A stretch of DNA of 64,000 bases. It comes from Podospora anserina (taxonomy: Eukaryota). Position numbers and translations under genes: made by a program. Of the stretch, positions 1-10,843 are shown piece by piece. The notes under the pieces were generated by a model, which saw nothing but the letters and a program-made list of their open reading frames with translations, was not told the origin of the DNA and ran no database searches. Where the stretch lies: positions 1,488,001-1,552,000 of the forward strand of contig CM030334.1 of NCBI GenBank assembly GCA_017654855.1, read 5' to 3'. Position 1 is the stretch's first letter. Every line of letters starts with the position of its first letter.

Positions 1-21
1 GGACAGGTTGTTTCCTCGAGT

Positions 22-24
<3 letters not shown>

Positions 25-88
<64 letters not shown>
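25..88. repeat. (GA)n microsatellite, about 32 units
   Basis: Perfect GA dinucleotide run visible in the sequence. Confidence 0.98.
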
Positions 89-89
<1 letters not shown>

Positions 90-378
90 GCAGCAGAGAA
101 GTTGGTAGCAGGCCACCACACGAAATATCATGAAAGCATCAGTGTCAGCCATTCAGAATAGCTTCAGTTGTGGAAACAACCGGGCTATCTTGATTATGTC
201 TATGGCCAAGTACCCGACCACAGTCAAGATGTATTGACAGATCATCATCAAGGCTACAGACGAGCACGTGGACTTGGAGGGGGGCTTCAAGCCCGGGAGC
301 GATAGCCCAAAAGGCCCTGCCGTTCGGTACAGCGCCAACCGCCGGTCACAACAGCAACCAATAGGTCCATCAAGGGGT

Positions 379-472
379 TCCAGCGTGGTGTAACGGTTAG
401 CACGAGCGCAGGCTCTCCCATTCACGACGTTTGACTAAGTCTAGGTCGTGGGTTCGAACCCTAGTGCTAGTA
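379..472 (+). pseudogene. Degenerate tRNA-like element 1
   Basis: A-box TGGTGTAACGG (386-396), D-arm GTGT/GCAC and B-box GGTTCGAACCC (451-461). The acceptor stem pairs only partly and no anticodon stem can be formed. Confidence 0.45.
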
Positions 473-478
473 CTGAAA

Positions 479-590
479 CGGCCGAGTGGATGCGCTTTGT
501 CCTGTTCTCATATTATTGGGAATATATTAATGACAACTGTCATAAAGACGAGGTTCTAGGTTCGAGTCGTAGGCGCTCCCTTAAGTTTTT
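479..590 (+). pseudogene. Degenerate intron-containing tRNA-like element 2 (GTT/Asn-like anticodon)
   Basis: A-box-like CGGCCGAGTGG, anticodon arm TTGTC-CT-GTT...GACGA split by an AT-rich insert, T-arm CTAGG-TTCGAGT-CGTAG, 3' strand CGCTCCC, then a T5 tract. The 5' acceptor strand is missing. Confidence 0.5.
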
Positions 591-1174
591 AGCTCTTTCT
601 GTACACCGAACCTGATTGTAGTTATCCCGACTTTGATGTCCCGTCCGGCCTTGAAGGTGGTGATGAAGATGTGTTCAGATGTTTTGGTATTGCAAAGCAC
701 TTATTTTTGGCCAGCTGTCAGAGACCGTGTCTGTAAATTATACTCAGCCAGTCTGGTCTTCACAGGGAGAGACAAGCTCCTCTTTGTCATCAAGCTCAAA
801 CTGTTGATCACTCATTATAGTCAGAGACCTGGTATTTGAGTGACAACAAAGTCACGATAGAGATGCTTTGTCGTTCAATATGTAGATGAGATACTACCGT
901 GTTGACTACCAAACCTACGTTCCAGGATCTGTCCAAACCACCACCAAACAACAACAGACTCAAAATGGTAAAACTCCACCATTGAACGCAAAACCATGCC
1001 AGCACTCAACTTCGTTGCTTCCCTCTCCCTCTCCTGCTCCTTCCCTCCCCCACTTGCCCCTCTGACTTACTCTCCCACCTGCTCCTTCCCCCTTTGCCTT
1101 GCTTGGCCCAGGCAACCACCATCCGATATCGTCCCCGTCCTCCGTTGTATTCCTGTTTCCACACGGAGGGGCCA

Positions 1175-1203
1175 GGTCCTGGGTTCGAATCCCGGGGTTC
1201 GCA
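1175..1203 (+). other. Orphan tRNA 3' half (T-arm plus acceptor strand)
   Basis: GGTC-CTGGG-TTCGAAT-CCCGG-GGTTCGC-A with a consensus B-box; no matching 5' half found upstream. Confidence 0.45.
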
Positions 1204-2983
1204 CAAGATTTTATCACCAAAGTCTGACAACGATTGGAGGATCGGCTGGAACTGGGGGGTATAATAAGGAGGGGGGTGGGGGGGGGGGGACTGAAATCCT
1301 CGTACAATCCTTTCGTTGAAGGATGACATTTGGGTCTTGTCGGGTGGTGAGGGGATGAATGGGGGTGTGTCTCGCTGTTTTGCTGTTGTGGTGCTGATAC
1401 TATCTCTGGCCACCACGATGATAGAGACATCTTTTACTCTTGATAGTATCTTCTTCCGACTTTGGTACGTCCAATCTAATGAGGCGGTACTCACCTGCAC
1501 ATACCAAGTCCTCAACTACCTACGCGTCACTGAGCCGAATCACCGCTCATCTCTCCCATCTACACGCAAAGCCATCACCATAGCAACAAGACACTTTAAA
1601 TCTTGTCCTCTCAAGTCTTCCCATTTAAATCATAACTCGCACGCTCTTCTCCCCATTCATCTTGATATATCACTTTGCTCACCTCCTCCCCTTCCGCCCT
1701 TCCGACTATCAACACAGTCCAACAAAATGAGAATCACCATCTACCTTGACTTCGAAGTCCTGAAACAGGCTGGTCAATTGTCTCAACGCTACTTGACCTT
1801 TTAAACAAAGTTATTGTCTCGTTTATCTTTCTCTTCATCCTCAACCGACCGACGAGATCACCTACCTACCAGAGAAAGCTAGGTAAATCACCTAGAATAT
1901 CTAGCATATAGCAAAAGAAAACGAGCGGGTAGGGTAGGTAGATTCAACACTGCTAGGGGCTCGCCTGATGAAATTGAAGCGAGTCTCTCACAACGACATG
2001 TAACCCCCTCGTACTTGAAACAAGCTGTCATTCGCAGGCTCGTCCTTGCAGCTCTCACAACAACAGCCCGTCGTCATCACAACACCCGTGCCGTAAACCT
2101 CTGAGAAAATTCCAATACCGGTATCATAGTAATTTACCTACTACCTGCCCAGACGATCAAGTCCACCACCACCTAAGATTACTTTACCTTAGCCACACCT
2201 CAGCCAGGTTTCCCCCAGGGTAACACAACACAGCCGATAAACACCTCACCAACAATCCCTCTACTACAAAGTGACATGCACATGCACATCAACAAAGCCA
2301 ACAGCACATCATTCCATCAACTTCAAAAATACCAAATCACCAATTCAAAAACTGTACCTAGTTATATACATATATATCCCGCGAGCAAGAAACAGGCAAG
2401 GGTATCTTTTCTCTTCAATAACAGCAAACACACAAATCTGCAAACAAATCAAAACATGCAACAAAACACTAGTGTAATCTTCCAATCTGGTTCAGTAATA
2501 ATAAAAAGCCGTCCAACAAACAACCCCCCTCACCATCCAGCAACAATCTACCTCCTTCACTCTAACCCATCATCAACCACACCCTTTTCCTGCCCACCCA
2601 CCTACCCTAAATTCCTACCCTACCTTCCCACAATCTCAACCTTATCCATCCCACCAACCACTCAAACAGAACCACCACTCGACATCCCCAGCAACACACC
2701 AAAACCAAAAAAAAAAAAAAAAAAAAAACAGCACCAAATCACCAAGAACAGCACAAAAACAAACGCAAAAACAAAACGGGGTATTCACATCTTATTCTTC
2801 TTCATCTCTTCTCTTCAAATTTTGCCTTCCTTCCCCACCCCTTTCCCCTTACACCGCAACCTCCTCCCAACACTCTATCTCCCCAACCCTTCCATCCCAT
2901 CCCATCCTCAATCCACGTGGTATCAAATCATCTCCTAGTCCCTTCCATCCTATCCCACCTAGTCCACCCATCGCCCATCACCC

Positions 2984-2984
<1 letters not shown>

Positions 2985-3020
<36 letters not shown>
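2985..3020. repeat. (AC)n microsatellite
   Basis: Perfect AC run. Confidence 0.97.
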
Positions 3021-3021
<1 letters not shown>

Positions 3022-3586
3022 GGGTATAAAGCTGCTTTTTCAGGTATCAAGTAAAAGAAAACTCGAAAAAGACGCATCGACGACATCAAAAATGAGAAAT
3101 GAAAAAGAAAAAAAAACAAAACCGTTTGCCATCCTCCATCCTCCGAAATGAAATGTGAAAATCAGAAAGAAAAAAAACCGAAAAAACAAACATCATGATG
3201 CGTCAAAAAACCAAAAAAATTGTTGTCCTTGCTCTTGTCTTCATCTCAATCTCCTCCCGCGTCATACTCCCATGGTAGGGATCAGAACAGATATTGTCCC
3301 CCATAATCCATGACAAGAGGCCCGAAAGGAAAAAAGAAAAAAAAAAAGTACAAAACAAAGACAGAAGTGAGAAATAACAAAAACCAAGATTCCCAACGCG
3401 CGGTCCAACTGAGATTCGAAAAGCAAAAGCAACACAACTACCAGGGTATTTTACTTTACGCCATTGGGTATATCCAGCCATAAGGGGTATTGGGTATTTC
3501 TTTTCCTCGCCGCAACACGTCAGAGAAAAAAGCAAACAATGCGTGTCTAAAATCTGGCGAAATCACAACCATCGAGACGTTAAACG

Positions 3587-6500
3587 TTAACGAAATGGCA
3601 CAAGAGGGCCTGGGTATCCTGAATTTGTTGAATGAGAGGTAGAGGGACGCCCGCTGTCGTCAGACCGACGGGCGGCGTGGCGAGGAGTCATGTCGCCGTG
3701 GTGAGGGACGGCCAGATTGTTGCCAATCCCGTTTCCAACAAGAACTGCCGAGGGCCAAGGGCTGCCAGAGTCCTCGTCGGCGAGGTTGACACCACTGTCG
3801 TTCCAGGGGTTGCGGTCCGCATTGAAACTGCGAGTCGATTCGATCGACACGAGCGACGACTTGGAGACGTTGCTGGAGCCCTTGAAAAAGCTGGTGGCCG
3901 AGTGCGAGCTGTTCTTTCTGCGGTCCAAGAAGGACGAGATCGAGGACATGCCACTACCAGGTCTGCGAAGTCGTTCCAAGAGACTAGACCGTTCCCGAGC
4001 AGTCTCCTCGCCGAACGAAGGCTTGGTGGGAGAGTCGGTGGCAACCGGAGCTGGTGCGTGCTGAAGAAGCTTGGAGTCAAAGTACGGCAGCGCCTCTTCG
4101 AACGTGTCCGGCTTCGGGCGGGAGAGAGCACCTCTGATGAAGACGGGCTCCACTCCGGCAGTGGCAAACTCGCCCTGGAGGAAGTCCATGGCATCAGAGA
4201 CACCACCTGCATTGTTACGGGTGAACTGCCAAAGCAGAGTGACGGAGGGGTTGCCGTTGGCGGCACGCTCCTCGGAATTCTCGTGCACCGTGACATCGAC
4301 TTCGTACTGGGTCTTCAGCTTGGGGACAATGTTCTGAACAAACTCCGGGGACTCGAGGAATCTGATCAGAGTAGGAGTCCGCTCCATCACGACTTCGTGC
4401 TTGTCGGGAACCATGCCCTGAGGACAACGTTAGTCACGCCAAGGATATCACCAACCAGAAAAAGAAAACACTCACCAAAAATGAATCAATGCACTTGGGC
4501 ACCAACCACTGAGGTCCAGACACAGTGAGCTCATCGGTGGCCTGCTCCGTACTAGGGAAAACAATCTTGCAGTTCCACATCTTCTCTATCTCTTCAATCT
4601 CGGGCAACCTGGACAGCAGCTCACGATGGTAGAGGCGGTCGATCTTGACAGTCTGGTTCATGAATTCAGAGTCCTTCACGGGGCATTCATGTTAGCGCTC
4701 CTGGGATCCACGCGGGTGGGAGGGACTTCTCACAGCCCTGGAAACCATCTCAAGAATCTCGCTCTTCACGAGTTCAAGATTCTGAGCGTTGCGTGCCGGG
4801 GTGCGGCAGATCACATTGTCGACCCTAGAGTCGTCATCTTCTCGGGTGAGACCGCCTGAGAGGTGTCAGTTAAATGCTGACCGAATCCACCAGCAGTTGA
4901 TCCTACCTCTATCCATTGCGTTGGAGAACTTGACAAAGACCGAGTGCTTCTTCATGATGCGTTGGATATGCTGCCCACCAATGCCAATGATGCGTTTGTG
5001 GTACTGATCCGGGACATGGAACGAAATCGATGCCGGCATCTCTTGCTCCACCAGTGTTAATCCGTGCTTGACAGCCTCGTACGAATGTGTGACCACCTCG
5101 ATGTTGAAGTTGTACTCGCCAAACGTGTCGAAGATGATCTGCACGTTGCTCTGCCCCATGATCTTGTTGATCTTGCCATTCTTCTTTCCGCTCACAAATT
5201 CCTTATGTTCGTTGGCGAGCTCGATCTTGACTCGAATCTGGGACTGGGGAGATTGATTGACCCATTTGATATCGTTGATGACGGCCAAAGCGGTCTTGAC
5301 AGCCTCATCCGAGCCTGAAATGGTGAAGCATCGGTTGTCAAACTTCACATCGGCTTCCGAGTTGGCACAAATATCGCTGAGCATGGTCCGAATATCGTTG
5401 GGAGTCGGCATGGGCTGGCGGTTGTCGGGATGAGAGATCCACCAGGTAGCCGTGTAGAACTGTCCAACCAAGGCCATCAACTCGCGGACGGAACGCTCGA
5501 GGGGCAAGTTCTCCAGGGCTTGGAAGCGAGCCACGTTCTTCATGGACCCAAGACTGGGTGGCAGAATATGCGTATTGTTGTTCTCGGCAATCTTCCTCAC
5601 CTTGTCCATACGAGTGAGCAGAACACTGTCGAGCTTGGCAGGCGTAATCTGAACATCCTTCACGTAGAGCCTGACACGCGTGAGGTACTCGTGGATCTTG
5701 TACTTTGCCTGCTCGATAGCTTGCGTGTTCTCGCCAGTGATGAAGACATCAGACTCTCCACGACGTGTTGCGCCGGGTGGGCAGTACGAATAGCAGCTCA
5801 GGAACGGCGGAGGGAAGTAGATGGCCGTGTTGGTTGATGACTCGATCAGCTTGATGTTCTTGCGGTTGCGTCCGATCAAGATCTGCTGGACGCTATAGTC
5901 GACATTGATAGAGTCAGCAACCCGCCCCAGCTGAATAGGATCTCATGTTAGTTCAAGTCCCACCACAAGGATCTGGCAACAACGTACGAGTTGATCAATA
6001 TGAATAAGAACGCGGGTTTTGGCATGTTCCGCAGACATGTTGTCGCCATAAATGGCCACCCGCCAGCGCTGGTCTCTCCGGAGCTCCACATCGCCGTTCA
6101 AGCCATCAACCACCGGGGCAAGCTTGGGCCCGAGGAGGAAGATGTCGACGCCACAAAACCTCGAGGTTTCGTCAAGAAAGTCTGTTACCGACTTCTTCAG
6201 AACGCCTTCGGCAAGATTGGCAACCAGATTGCCGTCCACATCAACAGTTGTGCAACGCTAAGACACACAGTTAGCAGGCACAAGACACAGAAAAAGCACA
6301 GTTGCACAAAAAGATGTGACGCACTAGTGAGATGGGGGTCTTGTTCAGGATCGCCTCGCGTGTTTGATAGACCAGGTCGGCGGGACCGGACAAGCACACC
6401 GTGGTGACGAGACCGCGGGCATTCTTGGGAGTGCCCGAAAGAACGTGTGCCTCGATGGGCAGGGGGTTTGTCGTGATGCTGTGGCATAGCTGACGGAGGC

Positions 6501-6822
6501 CCTCAAGGTTCATAACATGGACGTGGAGAGCGTGGACGGGGACATCGTCGGGGGCCTCGACGGGATGAGTCCAGCGGAGGACGGCATCGGTGGTGGCGTG
6601 GAGAATGTCCTCGGTGTCGGGGCCGGCGAGATCGGAGGCAAAGGGGACGTTGAAGGCATAGTGGATGGTAGGCTCGCCGATGGGGAGCTGGGGTGTGGGT
6701 ATCGGGGGTGGGCCCTGTGTTGTGACATCTCGACGAGTGTTGATGGCCGGCATGCCAGCCATGTTGTTTCGAGAGATGAAGTTGCTGGTTGGCCAGTGAC
6801 GCATGGCTGTTATTTTATTCAT
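3587..6822 (-). CDS. Multi-KH-domain RNA-binding protein (Mug60/YLL032C-like), 6 exons: 6822-6325, 6257-5988, 5930-4907, 4855-4734, 4673-4476, 4417-3587
   Basis: Five GT-AG introns join the track ORFs in frame (phases checked by hand). KH GxxG motifs: IGRNRKNIK, VSGKKNGKINKI, IIGIGGQHIQRI. The start codon could be a later Met. Confidence 0.88.
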
Positions 6823-9535
6823 GATGACTCAAATGTGCTCGCTGCTCTCGGAGCGTGGAAATACAGGGCGGATGCCAGGGCTGCGTGATGTTGTGGTGTT
6901 GAAGGAGAAGGGGGGAGTCGAGGGAGGCAGAAGACACAGCAGCAGGCTTGTCGTGGTCGACGGGAGCGGCGGAGGCGGCGTCTGGTGCTTGTCGTGGGCA
7001 ATTGGGGCTAAAAGGAGTGGAAATGGAAATGCGGCGAAAAAAGGGTATCTTGGGTATCTTCAAATGGGGCCGCTGTTGAAAAAGGAACAAAAGAGAAAGG
7101 GGGGATGGGCAGAAGATGTCGTGTGCTCCTGTCCTTCCTGCCAAAGAGTTGTCGATGTTTTGAGCTTTTGGGGGGGGGAAGAGACAAGACTTGTCGTGTC
7201 GGTCGAGGGATTGGCAGATGGATGGAAGCTGTTGGACTGACTGTCCCCACAGGCCCGCTCTGCACCTTGGGAGCCCGCTGCCTTGGCCCGTGCGCCCTCC
7301 CCCTAACGTTGCAGTGACCGGTGGCTTTCACTCTTGGCCCCCTCGTTCCCGACCCTTGACTGGCCAGGCCAGTTCGAGAACCGGCAACTTCCTGCGTTCC
7401 GCGGCCTCTTCACACTCTCTCCACCAACTAGTCTATGTACAGTAGTGTACGATATCTTCAGCTTCAGCTTCAGCTCCATTACCTCTACCCGGGCCGGCCC
7501 TGTTGTGGAATTTGCCGCCTGAGGGGAAGCCTGTCTCTCTTCTCCGCAAGAGACATCCATTCCAAGCCAGCCATCCAGCCATCCAGCCATCCAGCTAGCC
7601 CAGTTCTGATCCGGGCTTGACAAAGAAATGGAAAAAAGGATAAGGTAATCTGCTCGTGCCCCATGTCTCACAGTCCAGTTTCATCTCCTCTGCTGGCCAC
7701 AAACAATGAATGAATGGCAAATCCCAAATTCCCATAATAAACATGCTCATGCCCCTCTCAGATACTCACCTCGCCCTCCACCTATGCCTGCAATATTCCT
7801 TTTTTACCTTTGCAGCCGGGTCTACTGCTACCTTGGTATCTCTCCTTTAACCAAACTGCCAGCTCGCCCGGAGACTTTTATTGTCCTCACACTGTTCCCT
7901 GAATCATGTCCAAAGTACTAGTCACCTGGAACCCCCCACCGCCGCCCTAGGCCGTCGTCTATAAGACCTCTCCATCCCAACAATCATTTTCTCTACACTA
8001 CCATCAAAACATGAACGCGTCATGCCCGGACTGGCAACAGGTGTTCTCCACGCAGCATACATACCTACAGCCTGGCCCGGCGCCTGCCTGCCCAGCTGTG
8101 CAGCACCACCTGAACCTACCTCGTGAAAGCTCACGACAGGTGGAGCCACTTGCCAGGCCCGGTGACGTTGTGCTCCCCCAACTTCTTTCTTGCAAGCATT
8201 ACAACAACACACACTCACTGCGGCACAGAACGTTTTCCTGCCCGCCGCCGCCAAAAGAATAACACATATCTTGCTCTGCTGCTCTCTTTGCTTCCCTCAT
8301 CAATCGTCCGAATCATTGCAGCATACTTTGTAGCACTGTAGATCATCAGCTTTGAAGCGGGAACCTCCGTCGTCCAGAAAGTTGGCATCCGGACCCCTCG
8401 GCCCCTCACAACCCCCGGACCCCGTTATCCCCCGTAAACACTGCCTTGATGATGTTAAAGGAGGTCCTTTAGGCCCCCACTCAGGACTCGGTACTCACTC
8501 ACCACACCTCCTTTATCCTGTTGGACCAGACCATATGGTCCTTACATACAGCCGGCATATGCCATCTACCTACATATTGATACATCCAACCCCCATCCAA
8601 CCAAACCCCCGATGCAGGCAGTCAGCACCGTTTTTTTTGTTTTTTTTTCCAATTCTTGAGGCGGTCAGTTTATCAAATGTCATAAGTTCCTTTGCAGAAA
8701 AGAAACGGTCTGGATTTAAGCTCCTTCCAGCGGCCCAAAGACTCCGAGCCTTCTCATTCCACTGACCCCGATTCATTACCTACCAAAACATGCAAACATC
8801 TTGCCTCATGTCTCAAAGTGAGCCCATCAATCAAATGGCTATGTATTAACCTGCCCATTCCGAGCACTATCACCGTAAAGCAACTCCAAACGATCGGCGG
8901 AAGTTGAACTGGAGCCTATTCGGAACAACCCCCCCCCCCACCCTTTGTCTTACCAGTGCCCCCCTCCACACTTGCTCTTATACATATACCTAACCCTAGG
9001 TGACCATGTCAATTGAAGCCGCCTTTTGCCATCCACACTCTACAACAACCACCACCCTCACCCACACTCTCCCATAACCTACCAAATCTACCATGAATTT
9101 ATGGCACAGCGGTAGGAGGGTTTCGAAGCCTTCTAACTGCCTGGAAAAAGCTCGGCGTAGTGCCAGGGAGTGGTAAATACCTGCTTACTTACAATTTAAT
9201 ATCATTTTCTGTGATATTTCTTATATTGGGTGATGGCTTCTAAACTAACGGCGGCGGGGTAGTAAGGCGTAGGGAGTGCGTATAGGTTGGACTATTTTAC
9301 CGTAGGTAAAATTTATCATATAAAAAGTAGGTTTGCAGTCAAAACCTCATTGAGGGGAGGTTGGGGGGGGAGGGGGGAGGGGGCCAGCACTGGTAAGACA
9401 AACAGGGGGCTCCGAATAGGCTCCCTCCTGTTGAACCTCATCACAAATCCAGAACTCCAGATATCCCAATGTGCTGTGCCATTCCAAGTGCTCAACTCCA
9501 CATTCGATTTGTAATACCAACTCCCCGAGTCCAGT

Positions 9536-9565
9536 CAGGTCAGGTCAGGTCAGGTCAGGTCAGGT
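9536..9565. repeat. (CAGGT)6 pentanucleotide repeat
   Basis: Six perfect tandem copies. Confidence 0.95.
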
Positions 9566-10071
9566 GATATCACGAAGTAAACCACCGGTTTCAACAACTG
9601 CACCATCTGCCCGTCTTTGCCCCTTTTTGGCGTCTGCATGTCTGCAAGCCAAAAACACACATCAAGACATGTACATATACCCGACGACACTAAGTAATCA
9701 TGAGAATTATTCTGCAAATATCACGCAAGACCAAGCAGATGCTCAAAACCTTATAAACAATAAACCAATGCCATTTTTCTATTGCTCCAAAACTCAAAAC
9801 ATCCCAGCTACTCAATGAATGCAAAAATGGTTAAACCCCGTTCCCGCTTGCTGACGCCCAGCTATGACCATAAAAAAACGCCATGTGAATGCCTGCCTGC
9901 TCGCTCTTCTCCCAGCAAATGGAGTACCTTGATGCCTTTTTCCACACCCCCAAAACATGTAAAAAAAAAATAATACACAATTACACAAACTGTCTACACG
10001 CTGGTCAGAATAGGTAATCCCCCTACAATATCCATAATCACAAAACTCAGGTAACCCCCGTCCCAATGCAA

Positions 10072-10843
10072 CTAACTCACTTCCCCCCCCCTCTTCACTC
10101 CCCCAGCCTTCTCCTTCTCCTTCCTCTTCGCAGTAACCCTGTGAACTTCCTTCACCAAATTACGAGCGCCCTTCTTCCTCACAAACCCAGCCTCCCGAAA
10201 CGCTTCAATCTCTGCCAGCCTCACCTTGCCCCTCTGCTCAGCCGATAGAGCATCAAACGTCTCCCCTTTCAGCCTCGCCTCCTCCTTCATAGATGCCACC
10301 TCCCTCTCCCTCACCTCCCCTCTCAGCTTTCTTTCCTTGGCCCGCCTCGCCTCCATCTCCTGACGCCTGAACGCCTGCTTATGGACCCATGTTTCCTTGC
10401 CCCTGGCGCTCGGCTCATCCAGCTCCCCAGCCTCCAGCTGCGCCTTGATCTCTCCTAATTTCTGCTCGTCGAGCTCGTTCAACTTGGCTTGTCTCCAAGT
10501 TACCTCCAACTCTCTCTGTTTGGCCGCTCTCCACTCTTGCCTATTCTTCCGCTCTGCCGCCGGGTCAAGAGTCCATAGCTCTTTTTTCGCCGTGTTCATC
10601 TTCCGTCTCGCCGCCGCTTCGAGAATCGTTTGCTTCTTGCTTGCAGCCTCCTGCAGCCTCTAGCTTAGCCTTGATGTTTCTCAGTGCCCACTCATCAAAA
10701 TCTGCCGCCTTTATTTCCTTTTTCTTTTCGCCTCCTGCCTTAACCTCACGCTCCACCACCTCCTCCATCTCACCGTCCATCTCCATCTCCAATTCCTCCC
10801 TTTCCTCTACCCCACCATCTGAACCGCTACTAGAACAACGTCC
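10072..10843 (-). other. Coding-like E/K/R-rich segment directly behind the stop of the upstream gene (read-through extension, alternative exon or pseudogene)
   Basis: Open and in frame with the upstream CDS from 10843 to 10565. A second frame is open from 10659 to 10072. The two are offset by a near-perfect 10-bp tandem duplication at 10641-10660. Confidence 0.55.

Noticed and set aside
1316-1804. 162-aa ORF, and a 25-aa ORF with good start context near 1727
   Set aside because: No recognisable motifs or coding bias; cannot be supported without expression data.
2276-2938. 220-aa plus-strand ORF
   Set aside because: Open only because of C/A-rich low-complexity sequence and a poly-A tract; probably the antisense of the KH gene's 3' region.
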